Source of the DNA: Fibrobacterales bacterium | GTDB taxonomy: Bacteria; Fibrobacterota; Fibrobacteria; Fibrobacterales; JAOPTW01 | Reading direction: 5' to 3' | DNA: 64,000 bases | NCBI GenBank assembly: GCA_051532035.1 | Contig: JAOPTW010000015.1 | Span: 64,001 to 128,000 of the forward strand | Part shown: positions 29,045 through 38,420 of the stretch, one piece after another | Layout: the number at the start of each line of letters is the position of its first letter | How positions within the stretch are numbered: position 1 is the stretch's first letter | Notes under the pieces: model-generated | The model's database searches: none | Told to the model about the DNA's origin: nothing | Seen by the model: the letters and a program-made list of their open reading frames with translations, nothing else | Position numbers and translations under genes: made by a program

Positions 29045-30289
29045 TTAAATATAATTCTTTAAAAAGTTGATAAAGCGATTAAATACGTTTTTAAGGTTTT
29101 CATTTCCTAGGCCCACTCGCGTCTCACCCCCAATACCACGGGCTTGGTGCTGTCCATATACAACCAATCCAACCCCTGTAGCGTTCTCAGGTTTTGAGAC
29201 TACATCTGTCAAGCCTCCAAACGAGATCGGCTTACCTAACTTAACCGGCACACCGAATACCTCTTCTGCGAGTTCCATGCCACCTTTTGTTATTGAGCAA
29301 CCTCCTGTAAGTACAATTCCCGCACCAAGACGATCGAGAAGCCCTTTACGCTTGATCTCTTTGAGAACAATCATATAGATTTCTTGCATCCGTGCACGAA
29401 TTATTGAGGAAACGACAGATTGTGGAATTTCTCGTTGTGGACGACCACCTACCCCAGGCACCACCACAAAACGATCATTCTCTATATTTGAGGTTCCACA
29501 TGACCCATATTTTTTCTTAATTTCTTCAGCCTTTTCGACTGGTGTTCTAATTCCAATAGCGATGTCAGAAGTAACATTTTTTCCGCCAAATCCAATACTA
29601 AATGTGTGATTGATAGCGTTATCAAGATAGATACTCACATCCGTCGTACCACCACCCACATCTATAACAGCAACGCCAAGCTCTTTCTCATCATCCTCAA
29701 GAACTGAGTAAGACGCAGCCAGGGGCGTTACCACAATGCCCAATATATTTAGGCCAGCTTTCGTAACCGCTTTAAGCACATTCTGCTTTGCCGTCGTCGC
29801 TCCAGTAATTACATGAACATAGCCTTCAAGCTTTACTCCGGTCATCCCAATAGGATCAGTTATCCCGGCCGTTTCATCATCAACAACAAACCCTTGTGGC
29901 AATGCATGAAGCACCTCTTTACCCGAAGGCAACGATATCGTTTTTGCCTGATCAATAACATTAATAACATCTTGCGCCGTAATTTCATTATCGGGACGCA
30001 TAACCGCAGTCATTCCTCGCCCCTCAATAGAACGTATATGATCACCTGATAGACTCACATAGACATCTTTAATGTTTTCGGTGCCTGCCATAAGTTTGGC
30101 TTCTTCTACCGCTCTCTCAATTGATACAACTGTTTTATCAATATTAACGACACACCCTTTATTGAGCCCACCAGATGGGCTCGTGCCAATACCAACCAAG
30201 TTTAGGTTGTTTTCCTCATCGATTTCACCAATGACAACGCCAATCTTTGAAGATCCAATATCCAATCCAACTATGATTTTCGAATTCAT
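29045..30289 (-). CDS. ftsA: Cell division protein FtsA
   Basis: GLDIGSSK, DPIGMTG, DVGGGTT, AEEIKKKYG, VLTGG. Confidence 0.96.
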   Translation of the reverse strand: MNSKIIVGLDIGSSKIGVVIGEIDEENNLNLVGIGTSPSGGLNKGCVVNIDKTVVSIERAVEEAKLMAGTENIKDVYVSLSGDHIRSIEGRGMTAVMRPDNEITAQDVINVIDQAKTISLPSGKEVLHALPQGFVVDDETAGITDPIGMTGVKLEGYVHVITGATTAKQNVLKAVTKAGLNILGIVVTPLAASYSVLEDDEKELGVAVIDVGGGTTDVSIYLDNAINHTFSIGFGGKNVTSDIAIGIRTPVEKAEEIKKKYGSCGTSNIENDRFVVVPGVGGRPQREIPQSVVSSIIRARMQEIYMIVLKEIKRKGLLDRLGAGIVLTGGCSITKGGMELAEEVFGVPVKLGKPISFGGLTDVVSKPENATGVGLVVYGQHQARGIGGETRVGLGNENLKNVFNRFINFLKNYI

Positions 30290-30304
30290 TCCGGCCTTTT
30301 CTCC

Positions 30305-30988
30305 CTACCTCAGATATGCGAAGTCTGCAAAACGCATATCAATAATATTCTCTGTAAGTTCACTTGTTAATTGCTCATCTTGAATCAAACGATACTTATG
30401 AGCCAACGTGCGGTAATCTGTATCTTTTCCAACAAGAATTCTCTGACTTTTTCCTAATACAAACAGTACTCCTGCCGACAATTTTGCATTCCAGGTTATC
30501 TCTGAAAGTGAGTCATACAGTGACCGATTAGAACGTTTAATCTGTTTCAACATATGGAGCATAATCGGTGCATGTTCTTTTTGAGTAATTATAGGAAGCA
30601 CCCCTCTATGATACAAATCAGCAGTAACCACATCCCCTGTTTCGAGAAGATACTTCCATTCTCCATCGTAAAGTGATGCAAGGGGAGAGTGCTCCTCAAT
30701 AGTGATAATTATTGTTCCAAATGAAGCTTGCTCAATAGTAACTGTCTTTATCTCAGGAAGAGCCTTCAACTGAGTTGTTGCTTCAGCAACACTACTATCA
30801 GACAACTCCATACCATATTCAAAACCAATGATCGACATAATTCTATTCTTGTGAAGTACACCGTCAGTATTTACCACCACATCCTTGATTGGTGACTCAG
30901 GTATTATTTCTACCACGGAGTCCACGGCACTATACGCACCAAAACAGACTATTACTAACACACATATCCATATCACTATTCGTTTCAT
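30305..30988 (-). CDS. ftsQ: Cell division protein FtsQ/DivIB
   Basis: TM helix, POTRA-like region (LKALPEIKTVTI...IIITIEE), C-terminal IDMRF; lies between murC and ftsA. Confidence 0.8.
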   Translation of the reverse strand: MKRIVIWICVLVIVCFGAYSAVDSVVEIIPESPIKDVVVNTDGVLHKNRIMSIIGFEYGMELSDSSVAEATTQLKALPEIKTVTIEQASFGTIIITIEEHSPLASLYDGEWKYLLETGDVVTADLYHRGVLPIITQKEHAPIMLHMLKQIKRSNRSLYDSLSEITWNAKLSAGVLFVLGKSQRILVGKDTDYRTLAHKYRLIQDEQLTSELTENIIDMRFADFAYLR

Positions 30989-30992
30989 AGTT

Positions 30993-32366
30993 CTATCCCT
31001 CGGCTCCGAGCTGTGCACCTATTTTCCAAACTGTTCCTGCACCCATCACCAACACCACATCTGTCTCACTGAGTTCACTTTTAAGCGTAGCAGTAATCTC
31101 ATCAAAATCTGAAAGAGCGCGCACATCTTTGTGTCCAAGTTTTTTACACGCCCCAATAATCAACTGAGACGTGACCCCTTCTATTGGCTTTTCGCGGGCG
31201 CCATAAATATCAGTTATTATTACGGTATCGGAGTCAACAAATGCTGAAGCAAATGCTTCATAGTGATCATGTGTTCTACTATACAGATGGGGTTGAAATA
31301 CGACAACAACTCTTTTATCATAAAAATGCTCTTTAGCTGCACCAAGTGTAGCCGCAACTTCTGTAGGGTGGTGTGCATAATCGTCATACACAGGACATCC
31401 ATTGACTGATCCCACTCTTTCAAACCGACGTTTTACCCCTGAAAATCCTTTAATCCCAGACTGAATTACTTCAAATGGAATTCCCTCTTCGTGGGCTAGC
31501 GCTATTGCACCCATTGCATTATTTACATTATGAGATCCTGGTATATGTAACTCTATTGTTCCAAGGTTTTCACCAAAAGCCACTACAGAAAAACGGGTAA
31601 TAAAGCCATCACGCTCAACGGAATCGACTCTGTAATCTGCTTGTTTAGAAAAGCCATAGGTCACTACGGGCTTTACAATAGAAGGTATAATCTCCTGAAT
31701 CCCTAGATCATCAATACAAACAATTGCCTGGCCGTAGAATGGAACTTTATTAGCAAACTGGACAAATGCTGATTTGATTTCGTCCATATCAGCATAACAA
31801 TCGAGATGATCTTCATCTACATTAGTAATAAGCGCCATTGATGGCACCATTTGAAGAAATGATTTATCATACTCATCCGCTTCAGCAATAAGTGCATCAC
31901 CTGAACCATATTGTGCACCAGTTCCAAGACTTTTTACAACGCCACCCACTATGATAGTTGGATCGAGCTTGGCTTCATTCCAAATAGCGCCAACCATTGA
32001 GGTTGTTGTTGTCTTACCATGAGTGCCTGCAACTGCCAGGGTGTATTTGAGTCTCATTAATTCGCCAAGCATTTCGGCTCTACGTACCACTGGAATATTC
32101 TGTTCAATAGCTGCAGCTATTTCAATATTATCAAGTGCTATTGCAGATGAACGCACCACTATATCTGCATCAGTAATATTTTCTATAGAATGCCCAATTG
32201 CAATAGTCATTCCTTTACCTTGTAAATATTCAATAACCGGCCCCATATTCATATCTGACCCGGTAATATTAAACCCATTTTCATGGAGGACCTCAGCAAT
32301 ACCTGACATACCAGCACCACCAATCCCTACAAAATGCAGTTTTTTAATTCGTGAACTTGGTATCAT
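30993..32366 (-). CDS. murC: UDP-N-acetylmuramate-L-alanine ligase
   Basis: HFVGIGGAGMSG, AGTHGKTTT, EADEYD, DHLD, DDYAHHPTE, FQPH.YSRT. Confidence 0.97.
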   Translation of the reverse strand: MIPSSRIKKLHFVGIGGAGMSGIAEVLHENGFNITGSDMNMGPVIEYLQGKGMTIAIGHSIENITDADIVVRSSAIALDNIEIAAAIEQNIPVVRRAEMLGELMRLKYTLAVAGTHGKTTTTSMVGAIWNEAKLDPTIIVGGVVKSLGTGAQYGSGDALIAEADEYDKSFLQMVPSMALITNVDEDHLDCYADMDEIKSAFVQFANKVPFYGQAIVCIDDLGIQEIIPSIVKPVVTYGFSKQADYRVDSVERDGFITRFSVVAFGENLGTIELHIPGSHNVNNAMGAIALAHEEGIPFEVIQSGIKGFSGVKRRFERVGSVNGCPVYDDYAHHPTEVAATLGAAKEHFYDKRVVVVFQPHLYSRTHDHYEAFASAFVDSDTVIITDIYGAREKPIEGVTSQLIIGACKKLGHKDVRALSDFDEITATLKSELSETDVVLVMGAGTVWKIGAQLGAEG

Positions 32367-33448
32367 CTGTTGCTCTCCATATCAATAATTTTTTCTGCTA
32401 TCGTTTGCGCTGCATGAGGCTTGGCCAGTTCTTTTGTCGCCTCTCTCATTGTTGCTCGCTTCTCATCACTTGCCATTAATTCTGCTATCTTAGCGGCTAA
32501 TGTATTAGAATCTGATTCTAACTCAACAAGAGCCGCTCCCACTTTTTCCACTTCCCGAGCATTGTGCTCTTGGTGATTTGCTGTTGCAAAAGGAAATGGC
32601 ACTAAAATCGATGGTTTATTGAGTACTAAAATTTCGGCAAGAGTCGACGCTCCTGCTCTACTCACTAAAAGGTCAGCGTGATACATACACGCAAGGACTG
32701 AATCAATAAAGCCTGTTACTATCACATTATTACAGTGAGCCGTCTTTTCAGTATACTCTATAACATTACCAGCACCCACCTGCCAAAGCAACAAGAACTC
32801 TTCTTGGTTTTCAAGGAGTTCGAGAGATTCAAAAAGTTTTTCATTTATCCCTTTTGCACCTTGTGATCCACCAAGAACCAATACAATCTTCTTATCTCCA
32901 GCATCTTGATACTCCATAGGACGTTTAGGTGCTGTTGCCATATCAAATCCTCGTATAGGATTACCGGTCACTTCAGTTTTTTCAGTACCGAGTTGTGCAC
33001 ATACAGACTGACTCGGTACGAACACTCTTTTGGCAAAGCGAGCTGCAATTTTATTTGCTACCCCTGCTACACTATTTTGCTCTTGAATATATACAGGTAC
33101 TCTTTTTAACCATGCACCAATCAATACGGGAAGCGATACATATCCACCTGTACCTATAACAACCTCTGCACCACTTTGAGATACGGCACTCATGCCACTA
33201 ACAATTGATCGCACTAGTCGATAAGGGAGTAAAAGGTTTTCAAAAAACTTCCCCCGCTTTAGAGGCACTGCTTGGATAGGAAAAAATCTATCGTTTTTTA
33301 ATATCCGTGATTCCATACTATCTGCTCGACCAGCAAACGAAACTGCGATATTACATTTTGCTGCCATAATTTCAGCTATTGCAACCGCAGGGAAAACATG
33401 TCCACCCGTTCCACCACAGGCAAAAAGCACTTTTTTTATAGTTCTCAT
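32363..33448 (-). CDS. murG: Lipid II N-acetylglucosaminyltransferase
   Basis: GGTGGHVFP, GGYVS, EQN, GNPIR, GGSQGA, SRAGAST, HQEHNA. Confidence 0.96.
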   Translation of the reverse strand: MRTIKKVLFACGGTGGHVFPAVAIAEIMAAKCNIAVSFAGRADSMESRILKNDRFFPIQAVPLKRGKFFENLLLPYRLVRSIVSGMSAVSQSGAEVVIGTGGYVSLPVLIGAWLKRVPVYIQEQNSVAGVANKIAARFAKRVFVPSQSVCAQLGTEKTEVTGNPIRGFDMATAPKRPMEYQDAGDKKIVLVLGGSQGAKGINEKLFESLELLENQEEFLLLWQVGAGNVIEYTEKTAHCNNVIVTGFIDSVLACMYHADLLVSRAGASTLAEILVLNKPSILVPFPFATANHQEHNAREVEKVGAALVELESDSNTLAAKIAELMASDEKRATMREATKELAKPHAAQTIAEKIIDMESNR

Positions 33449-34575
33449 ACCCGTAAACCTCCCACTTCCTTACTCGCTTTGGAGATATTCAATATCACCC
33501 CGAGGGCAAAGAGGTTCAATATGAGATTTGTTCCACCATATCCCACCAATGGTAATGGTTGTCCTGTTGGAGGAATCAAACTAGTGCACACTCCAATATG
33601 AAAAAATGCATTTATAAACAGTGAAGTAGTGAAACCGATAACAACAAGACGGCCAAAAAGGGGTTCAACTCTACTTGCAATTGCAATACCACGCCATGCA
33701 ATCACTCCAAAAAGTGCCATAACTATAAAGGTCCCAATAAAACCCATCTCTTCGCCAAGTGACGCAAAAACGGTATCAGTAAATGGCATGGGAAGATACC
33801 CCAATTTTTGTGTACCTTCTCCAAGCCCCGAACCAAACATGCCACCACTCCCCAAACTGGTCAATGCCTGAGTTACTTGGTACGAACCTTCAACTCGTGT
33901 ATTACTTCCAAAGAGAGAAAATATCTGTTCCAACCAACTCATAACACGTTTTAATCTATAGTCACTACTAAACGCAAAAATGGAAACGAATACAAAGCCC
34001 GGACCACCAATGGCAAGCATATACTTTGTTGGTACGCCGGCAACAAAAAACATAATAACACTAATCACCACCACAAGAAGAGCTGTACTATAATTTGGCT
34101 GTAGGATGAGGAGTCCAAAAACAACTCCTACAATAATAAGTGGTCGTAAAAAACCGATTTTTAAATCTTCGATTTGATCTTTACATTCAGAAAGCTTTGT
34201 AGCTAATAGAAAGATCATTGAAATTTTCATCAGCTCAGAGGGTTGAAACTTAAGTCCACCGAGATTGAGCCACCGGGTAGCCCCGTGAACCTTAACACCC
34301 CAAGGACCAACAAGCAGTGCGAGCATCAATACAAATGAGAGAATAAAGAAGAGTCGTGAATACTTCATCCAGACCGCATAATCAATCTGAATTGTCACCA
34401 AAAAGAGTGCTACACCTACTAAAAGTTTGACCAAGTGATTTAACACAAAATAGGTCTCCTCCTTTTTTGCTTCGAGAGCTGATGGGCTACTCGCACTGTA
34501 GATAATAACGATACCAATTCCGATAAGTGCAAAAACTGCAATTAAGAGTAATCGGTCAATAGCAACACTTTTCAA
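33445..34575 (-). CDS. ftsW: SEDS peptidoglycan glycosyltransferase FtsW
   Basis: Multi-TM, GATRW, FQPSE.MK, YQ, G.GLG.GTQK.YLP...TD, EE.G, PPTG..LP...YGG. Confidence 0.93.
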   Translation of the reverse strand: MKSVAIDRLLLIAVFALIGIGIVIIYSASSPSALEAKKEETYFVLNHLVKLLVGVALFLVTIQIDYAVWMKYSRLFFILSFVLMLALLVGPWGVKVHGATRWLNLGGLKFQPSELMKISMIFLLATKLSECKDQIEDLKIGFLRPLIIVGVVFGLLILQPNYSTALLVVVISVIMFFVAGVPTKYMLAIGGPGFVFVSIFAFSSDYRLKRVMSWLEQIFSLFGSNTRVEGSYQVTQALTSLGSGGMFGSGLGEGTQKLGYLPMPFTDTVFASLGEEMGFIGTFIVMALFGVIAWRGIAIASRVEPLFGRLVVIGFTTSLFINAFFHIGVCTSLIPPTGQPLPLVGYGGTNLILNLFALGVILNISKASKEVGGLRV

Positions 34576-35585
34576 CTTTTTAATACCTCTCTAAAGAAAT
34601 CAAAACTCTCCATACCGCCACGGGCTCCATTCAGTGATGGAAAAAAGAGAATTGCACCACCGTCATCAAGAAGCGACTCGGATTCATGCACCACTTCTGA
34701 CATAGATTGGCAATGATCAAAAACATTAGGTAACCGTTCGTGAAGCCCTTTAAGGTATGATGCCTCGGTACCCGGGAGCGCAACAACATATGCCTTAGCA
34801 TCTACTAACGCATTTTCAAAAGCGGGAGTCATTTTAAAGTTAGAACCACCGAGTATTACGGTACATTCACCTTCAAAGCAGTGTAAAATTTCTGTCGCAT
34901 CACGATGTGAGATAATATTTGAGTTATCAAAATATTTCATACCATGCTTTTCAGCAACCATCTCCATTTCCATACTTTGAAGACAGAGTTCAGAAATAGC
35001 AGCACGTATCTCTTCTACAGAGACATGAAGTGACTTTGCAACATAAATCGCGGTGATAATATTTTCGATATAGGTGCCATCGGGAATATTTAAGCTACTC
35101 GAAATGCCAATAATATGAGAAAGGGTGTGTTCACGAACCACAATCATCCCATCTTTGAGTACAACACTAAATGGCATTGTCTCTTCTGCAGGGCGTGGAT
35201 GCATCGCCATATCGACAAGATCTTCCACAACAAACTGTACCTGTGATTCATGGAACCCATTGTCAATATCACTATCAAATTTTGAAGTAGCAATGCCAAA
35301 TAAATTATGTTGAGGCTTCAATACCCCATCCTCTAGCCCTGCACGCGCTAACATAAGACAGTCAGATACTGGTGCACTTAAGAAACGGCCTCTTTGTGAC
35401 TGTTCTTCCTGCTGAGTATAAATTTTTACCCCATAACTACGAAGCATTCTATTGAGAAGACGAATCGTAAAACGATGTCGTGCATTACGAGGGGCTGCAA
35501 TGAGCCCATCAGTTATATTATTGAGCTGCAGTTCAAAGCTTTTCGCCATTAATCCCACAGTAAGTGCTGTTGTATTATAGATCAT
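34572..35585 (-). CDS. MurD-like protein lacking domain 1 and catalytic motifs (probable pseudoenzyme)
   Basis: Sits in the murD slot. ENIITAI.VA..L.V..E.IR.A, EMVAE..GM.YFDNS, VILGG and G.AILFFP align with MurD domains 2 and 3. ORF is intact. Confidence 0.6.
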   Translation of the reverse strand: MIYNTTALTVGLMAKSFELQLNNITDGLIAAPRNARHRFTIRLLNRMLRSYGVKIYTQQEEQSQRGRFLSAPVSDCLMLARAGLEDGVLKPQHNLFGIATSKFDSDIDNGFHESQVQFVVEDLVDMAMHPRPAEETMPFSVVLKDGMIVVREHTLSHIIGISSSLNIPDGTYIENIITAIYVAKSLHVSVEEIRAAISELCLQSMEMEMVAEKHGMKYFDNSNIISHRDATEILHCFEGECTVILGGSNFKMTPAFENALVDAKAYVVALPGTEASYLKGLHERLPNVFDHCQSMSEVVHESESLLDDGGAILFFPSLNGARGGMESFDFFREVLKS

Positions 35586-35586
35586 T

Positions 35587-36981
35587 TTATAATCCTTTCG
35601 TAAGCTCAAACTTCATTACTGCATCAACGACGGTATCAAGCTTCACTCCACGAGAAGCTTTAACTAATATTAGGTCCCCCTCTGAAACGCTCTCTTTTAA
35701 CAATCGAGTAACGTCCTCAAGTGAGTTGCAATGAGTCACATTTTCTAATTTCATACCACTTTTTTGGGCACCAATTGCAATAGACTCTGCCGCTTCGCCA
35801 ACAGTAATAAGTTGATCAATATTTTGTTCAGGAACAAGTGTTCCTATTTTAAGGTGCCTCTCTTCTGATACATCGCCAAGTTCGAGCATATCACCAAGCA
35901 CCGCTATTTTTTTACCCGCAACACTCATTTCACCAACTGAGTGAAGTGCAGAAGCAGTAGATGAAGGGTTTGCATTATAACAATCTGCAAAAACCTTAAA
36001 GCCATCAGCCTGTTTCATTTCGGTTCTTAAATTGGATGCAGTATATTTTGAAAGTGCTACTGCCGCATCCTGTTGTCTAATTTTCATCGCTTTACTAACC
36101 GCGATAGCGGCGAGTGCATTGTACACCGTATGAAGCCCTGGAACATTCAAGTGATACTGGATTCTTCCCACTTTAAACGATGCGCATGAATTTTCGTCCC
36201 ATGTAATATCTTTTGCTTTAATTTGGCCATGCTTAATACCAAAAGTGACCAATTTATACTGAGTCGTTGACTTGAGTTTCACAAAATAGGGATCATCAGC
36301 GTTCACGAAAAGGGTCCCCGCTTTCTGGAGTCCTTCAACTATCTGAATTTTCTCTTTAAAGACATTATCTTCATTTTTAAAAAACTCTAAATGACTCGCA
36401 CCAATATTTGTAATGACAGCATATTGCGGTGCAACTGTTTTTGAAAGCACCTTTATTTCACCATTCTCACTGGTACCTACTTCAAAAATCCCATATTGAT
36501 GTTCTTTTCTGAGTCTGAATATAGTGAGGGGAACACCCACTTGATTATTGTAATTACCACCTGTGGCAATGCCACATTGAGATGCAGAGAGTATTGCATT
36601 GAGCATATCTTTAGTAGTCGTTTTACCATTAGAACCAGTAATAGCAATTTTTGGTATAGGGAAACGCTTAGCATACCCTTTTGCCAACTTAAGAAGAGCC
36701 TGGTTGGTATTATCAACAGGTATATATGTTTTTACACTATTTGGATGTTCTTTTATCCACTCTTTTGCCACTACTGTCACTAGTACTCCTTTTTTCACTA
36801 CACTCTCAATAAATGTGTGTGCATCGTATCGTTCCCCAGCCAATGGCCAAAAAATGACATTTTCCATTGCATCCCTCGAATCAAAGCTGATACAACACTG
36901 AGTTGCACCAACATCATCTCCTACAATGCTTGTTTCAAGCAGTTCAGCCAGTTCTGTAATATTAAGCTCTAACTGCTTCAT
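35587..36981 (-). CDS. murF: UDP-MurNAc-tripeptide D-Ala-D-Ala ligase
   Basis: DSR, ITGSNGKTTTK, GNYNN.VGVP, DCYNANP, LGDMLELG, VKASRG. Confidence 0.95.
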   Translation of the reverse strand: MKQLELNITELAELLETSIVGDDVGATQCCISFDSRDAMENVIFWPLAGERYDAHTFIESVVKKGVLVTVVAKEWIKEHPNSVKTYIPVDNTNQALLKLAKGYAKRFPIPKIAITGSNGKTTTKDMLNAILSASQCGIATGGNYNNQVGVPLTIFRLRKEHQYGIFEVGTSENGEIKVLSKTVAPQYAVITNIGASHLEFFKNEDNVFKEKIQIVEGLQKAGTLFVNADDPYFVKLKSTTQYKLVTFGIKHGQIKAKDITWDENSCASFKVGRIQYHLNVPGLHTVYNALAAIAVSKAMKIRQQDAAVALSKYTASNLRTEMKQADGFKVFADCYNANPSSTASALHSVGEMSVAGKKIAVLGDMLELGDVSEERHLKIGTLVPEQNIDQLITVGEAAESIAIGAQKSGMKLENVTHCNSLEDVTRLLKESVSEGDLILVKASRGVKLDTVVDAVMKFELTKGL

Positions 36982-38419
36982 TTTCTATACTCTCTTTAAC
37001 AACTACTCTATCATCAAATGGATGTTTTACCGTTCCAATAATTTGATAATCCTCATGCCCTTTTCCAGCCACAACAAGACAGTCGTATTCATTCATATCA
37101 GAGAGGGCTTTCTCTATTGCTCTCTTGCGATCTTCTTCCACTATTACTTTGTTTTCGTCTGTGAACCCTTTAAGTATATCTGAAATAATGGCACTCGCAT
37201 CTTCAGTACGCGGGTTATCAGAACTCACATAGACAACATCTGCAACAGATTCAGCTGCCTGCGCCATCAGTACTCTTTTGCCAGTATCTCGATCACCGCC
37301 ACAACCAAAGAGCACTCGTAATGACCCTTTGCATATAGGGCGTACATTTTCTAATACTCGCTGTAGGGCATCTGGAGTGTGAGCATAATCGACAAATACA
37401 CGTTTATGTTTACTAAAAGATATCAGTTCCATACGTCCAGGCACTGTTGTTGTTGCTATCGCATCAACAAGCTGCTCTTCAGAAAGCCCATAAGCCAATG
37501 ACGCACCAACAGCTGCAAGTATATTTTCTTCATTGAACGCACCAAAGAGTGCAGTGCACACACTAAATTCTCTGCCTCTATAGCGAAGAGTGCATTCTTT
37601 AACACCTGACTGTTCGAAACTCCCCACAAAATAGAGGTCTGCATCTTCATTAGTCCGAGAGTATCGAATAACAGGTATAGACAGCTCACGAATTAACCGT
37701 GCACCTGATGTGTCGTCCATATTGATAACAGCAATTCCACCAGGCCTTAAATATGTGGTAAAGAGTTTTTTCTTAGCCTGATAATACTCTTCCATATCGT
37801 TGTGATAATCAAGATGATCTTGGCTGAGGTTAGTGAAAACCCCTACATCATAAGATATACCGAGTACTCGATTTTGATGGAGCGCATGTGATGACACTTC
37901 CATTACCATCACTTCACATTTTTTTGCTATTGATGCAGCACAGAGTTCTTGCATTTTTATAAAGCCAGGAGTCGTCAAATCACTTATCGTTCTTTCACCA
38001 GCAATCTCAGAGGCAATTGTTCCGCTCAGTGCTGTACGCATTCCATTAACTTTTAAAAAGCTGTTTACAAGATAACTAATAGTTGTTTTTCCATTGGTTC
38101 CTGTAATACCTACAAACGAAAGTTTTTTTGCGGGACTCCCATAATAAGCAACAACCATTTGCTCACGAGCCTGTACTACATTATTAACTCTAATGTGTAC
38201 AGAACTCTCTAGAGAGCTCTCAGATACTATTGCAATAGCACCATTTTCAAGAGCACTTTGTATAAATTGAGCTCCGTCATTCATTGATCCCTGCATAACA
38301 ATAAACACCATACCCGGAGTCACCAAACGTGAATCATCAGTAATCCCCGAAATGGATGTCGAAAGCTCCATTGTTGTCTCGACTCCATTAACCTGTTTGA
38401 GAATTTCGGCTAGCATCAT
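36962..38419 (-). CDS. murE: UDP-MurNAc-dipeptide meso-diaminopimelate ligase
   Basis: GITGTNGKTT, TTP, MEVSSH, DHLDYH, VDYAHTPD, GCGGDRD, DNPR (DAP-type), GKGHE. Confidence 0.96.
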   Translation of the reverse strand: MMLAEILKQVNGVETTMELSTSISGITDDSRLVTPGMVFIVMQGSMNDGAQFIQSALENGAIAIVSESSLESSVHIRVNNVVQAREQMVVAYYGSPAKKLSFVGITGTNGKTTISYLVNSFLKVNGMRTALSGTIASEIAGERTISDLTTPGFIKMQELCAASIAKKCEVMVMEVSSHALHQNRVLGISYDVGVFTNLSQDHLDYHNDMEEYYQAKKKLFTTYLRPGGIAVINMDDTSGARLIRELSIPVIRYSRTNEDADLYFVGSFEQSGVKECTLRYRGREFSVCTALFGAFNEENILAAVGASLAYGLSEEQLVDAIATTTVPGRMELISFSKHKRVFVDYAHTPDALQRVLENVRPICKGSLRVLFGCGGDRDTGKRVLMAQAAESVADVVYVSSDNPRTEDASAIISDILKGFTDENKVIVEEDRKRAIEKALSDMNEYDCLVVAGKGHEDYQIIGTVKHPFDDRVVVKESIENEAVRA

Positions 38420-38420
38420 A

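Noticed and set aside
34572..35585. Calling the MurD-like ORF a pseudogene or a functional murD
   Set aside because: It has no stops or frameshifts and is tightly coupled to its neighbours, yet all catalytic motifs are missing, so it is reported as a probable pseudoenzyme.
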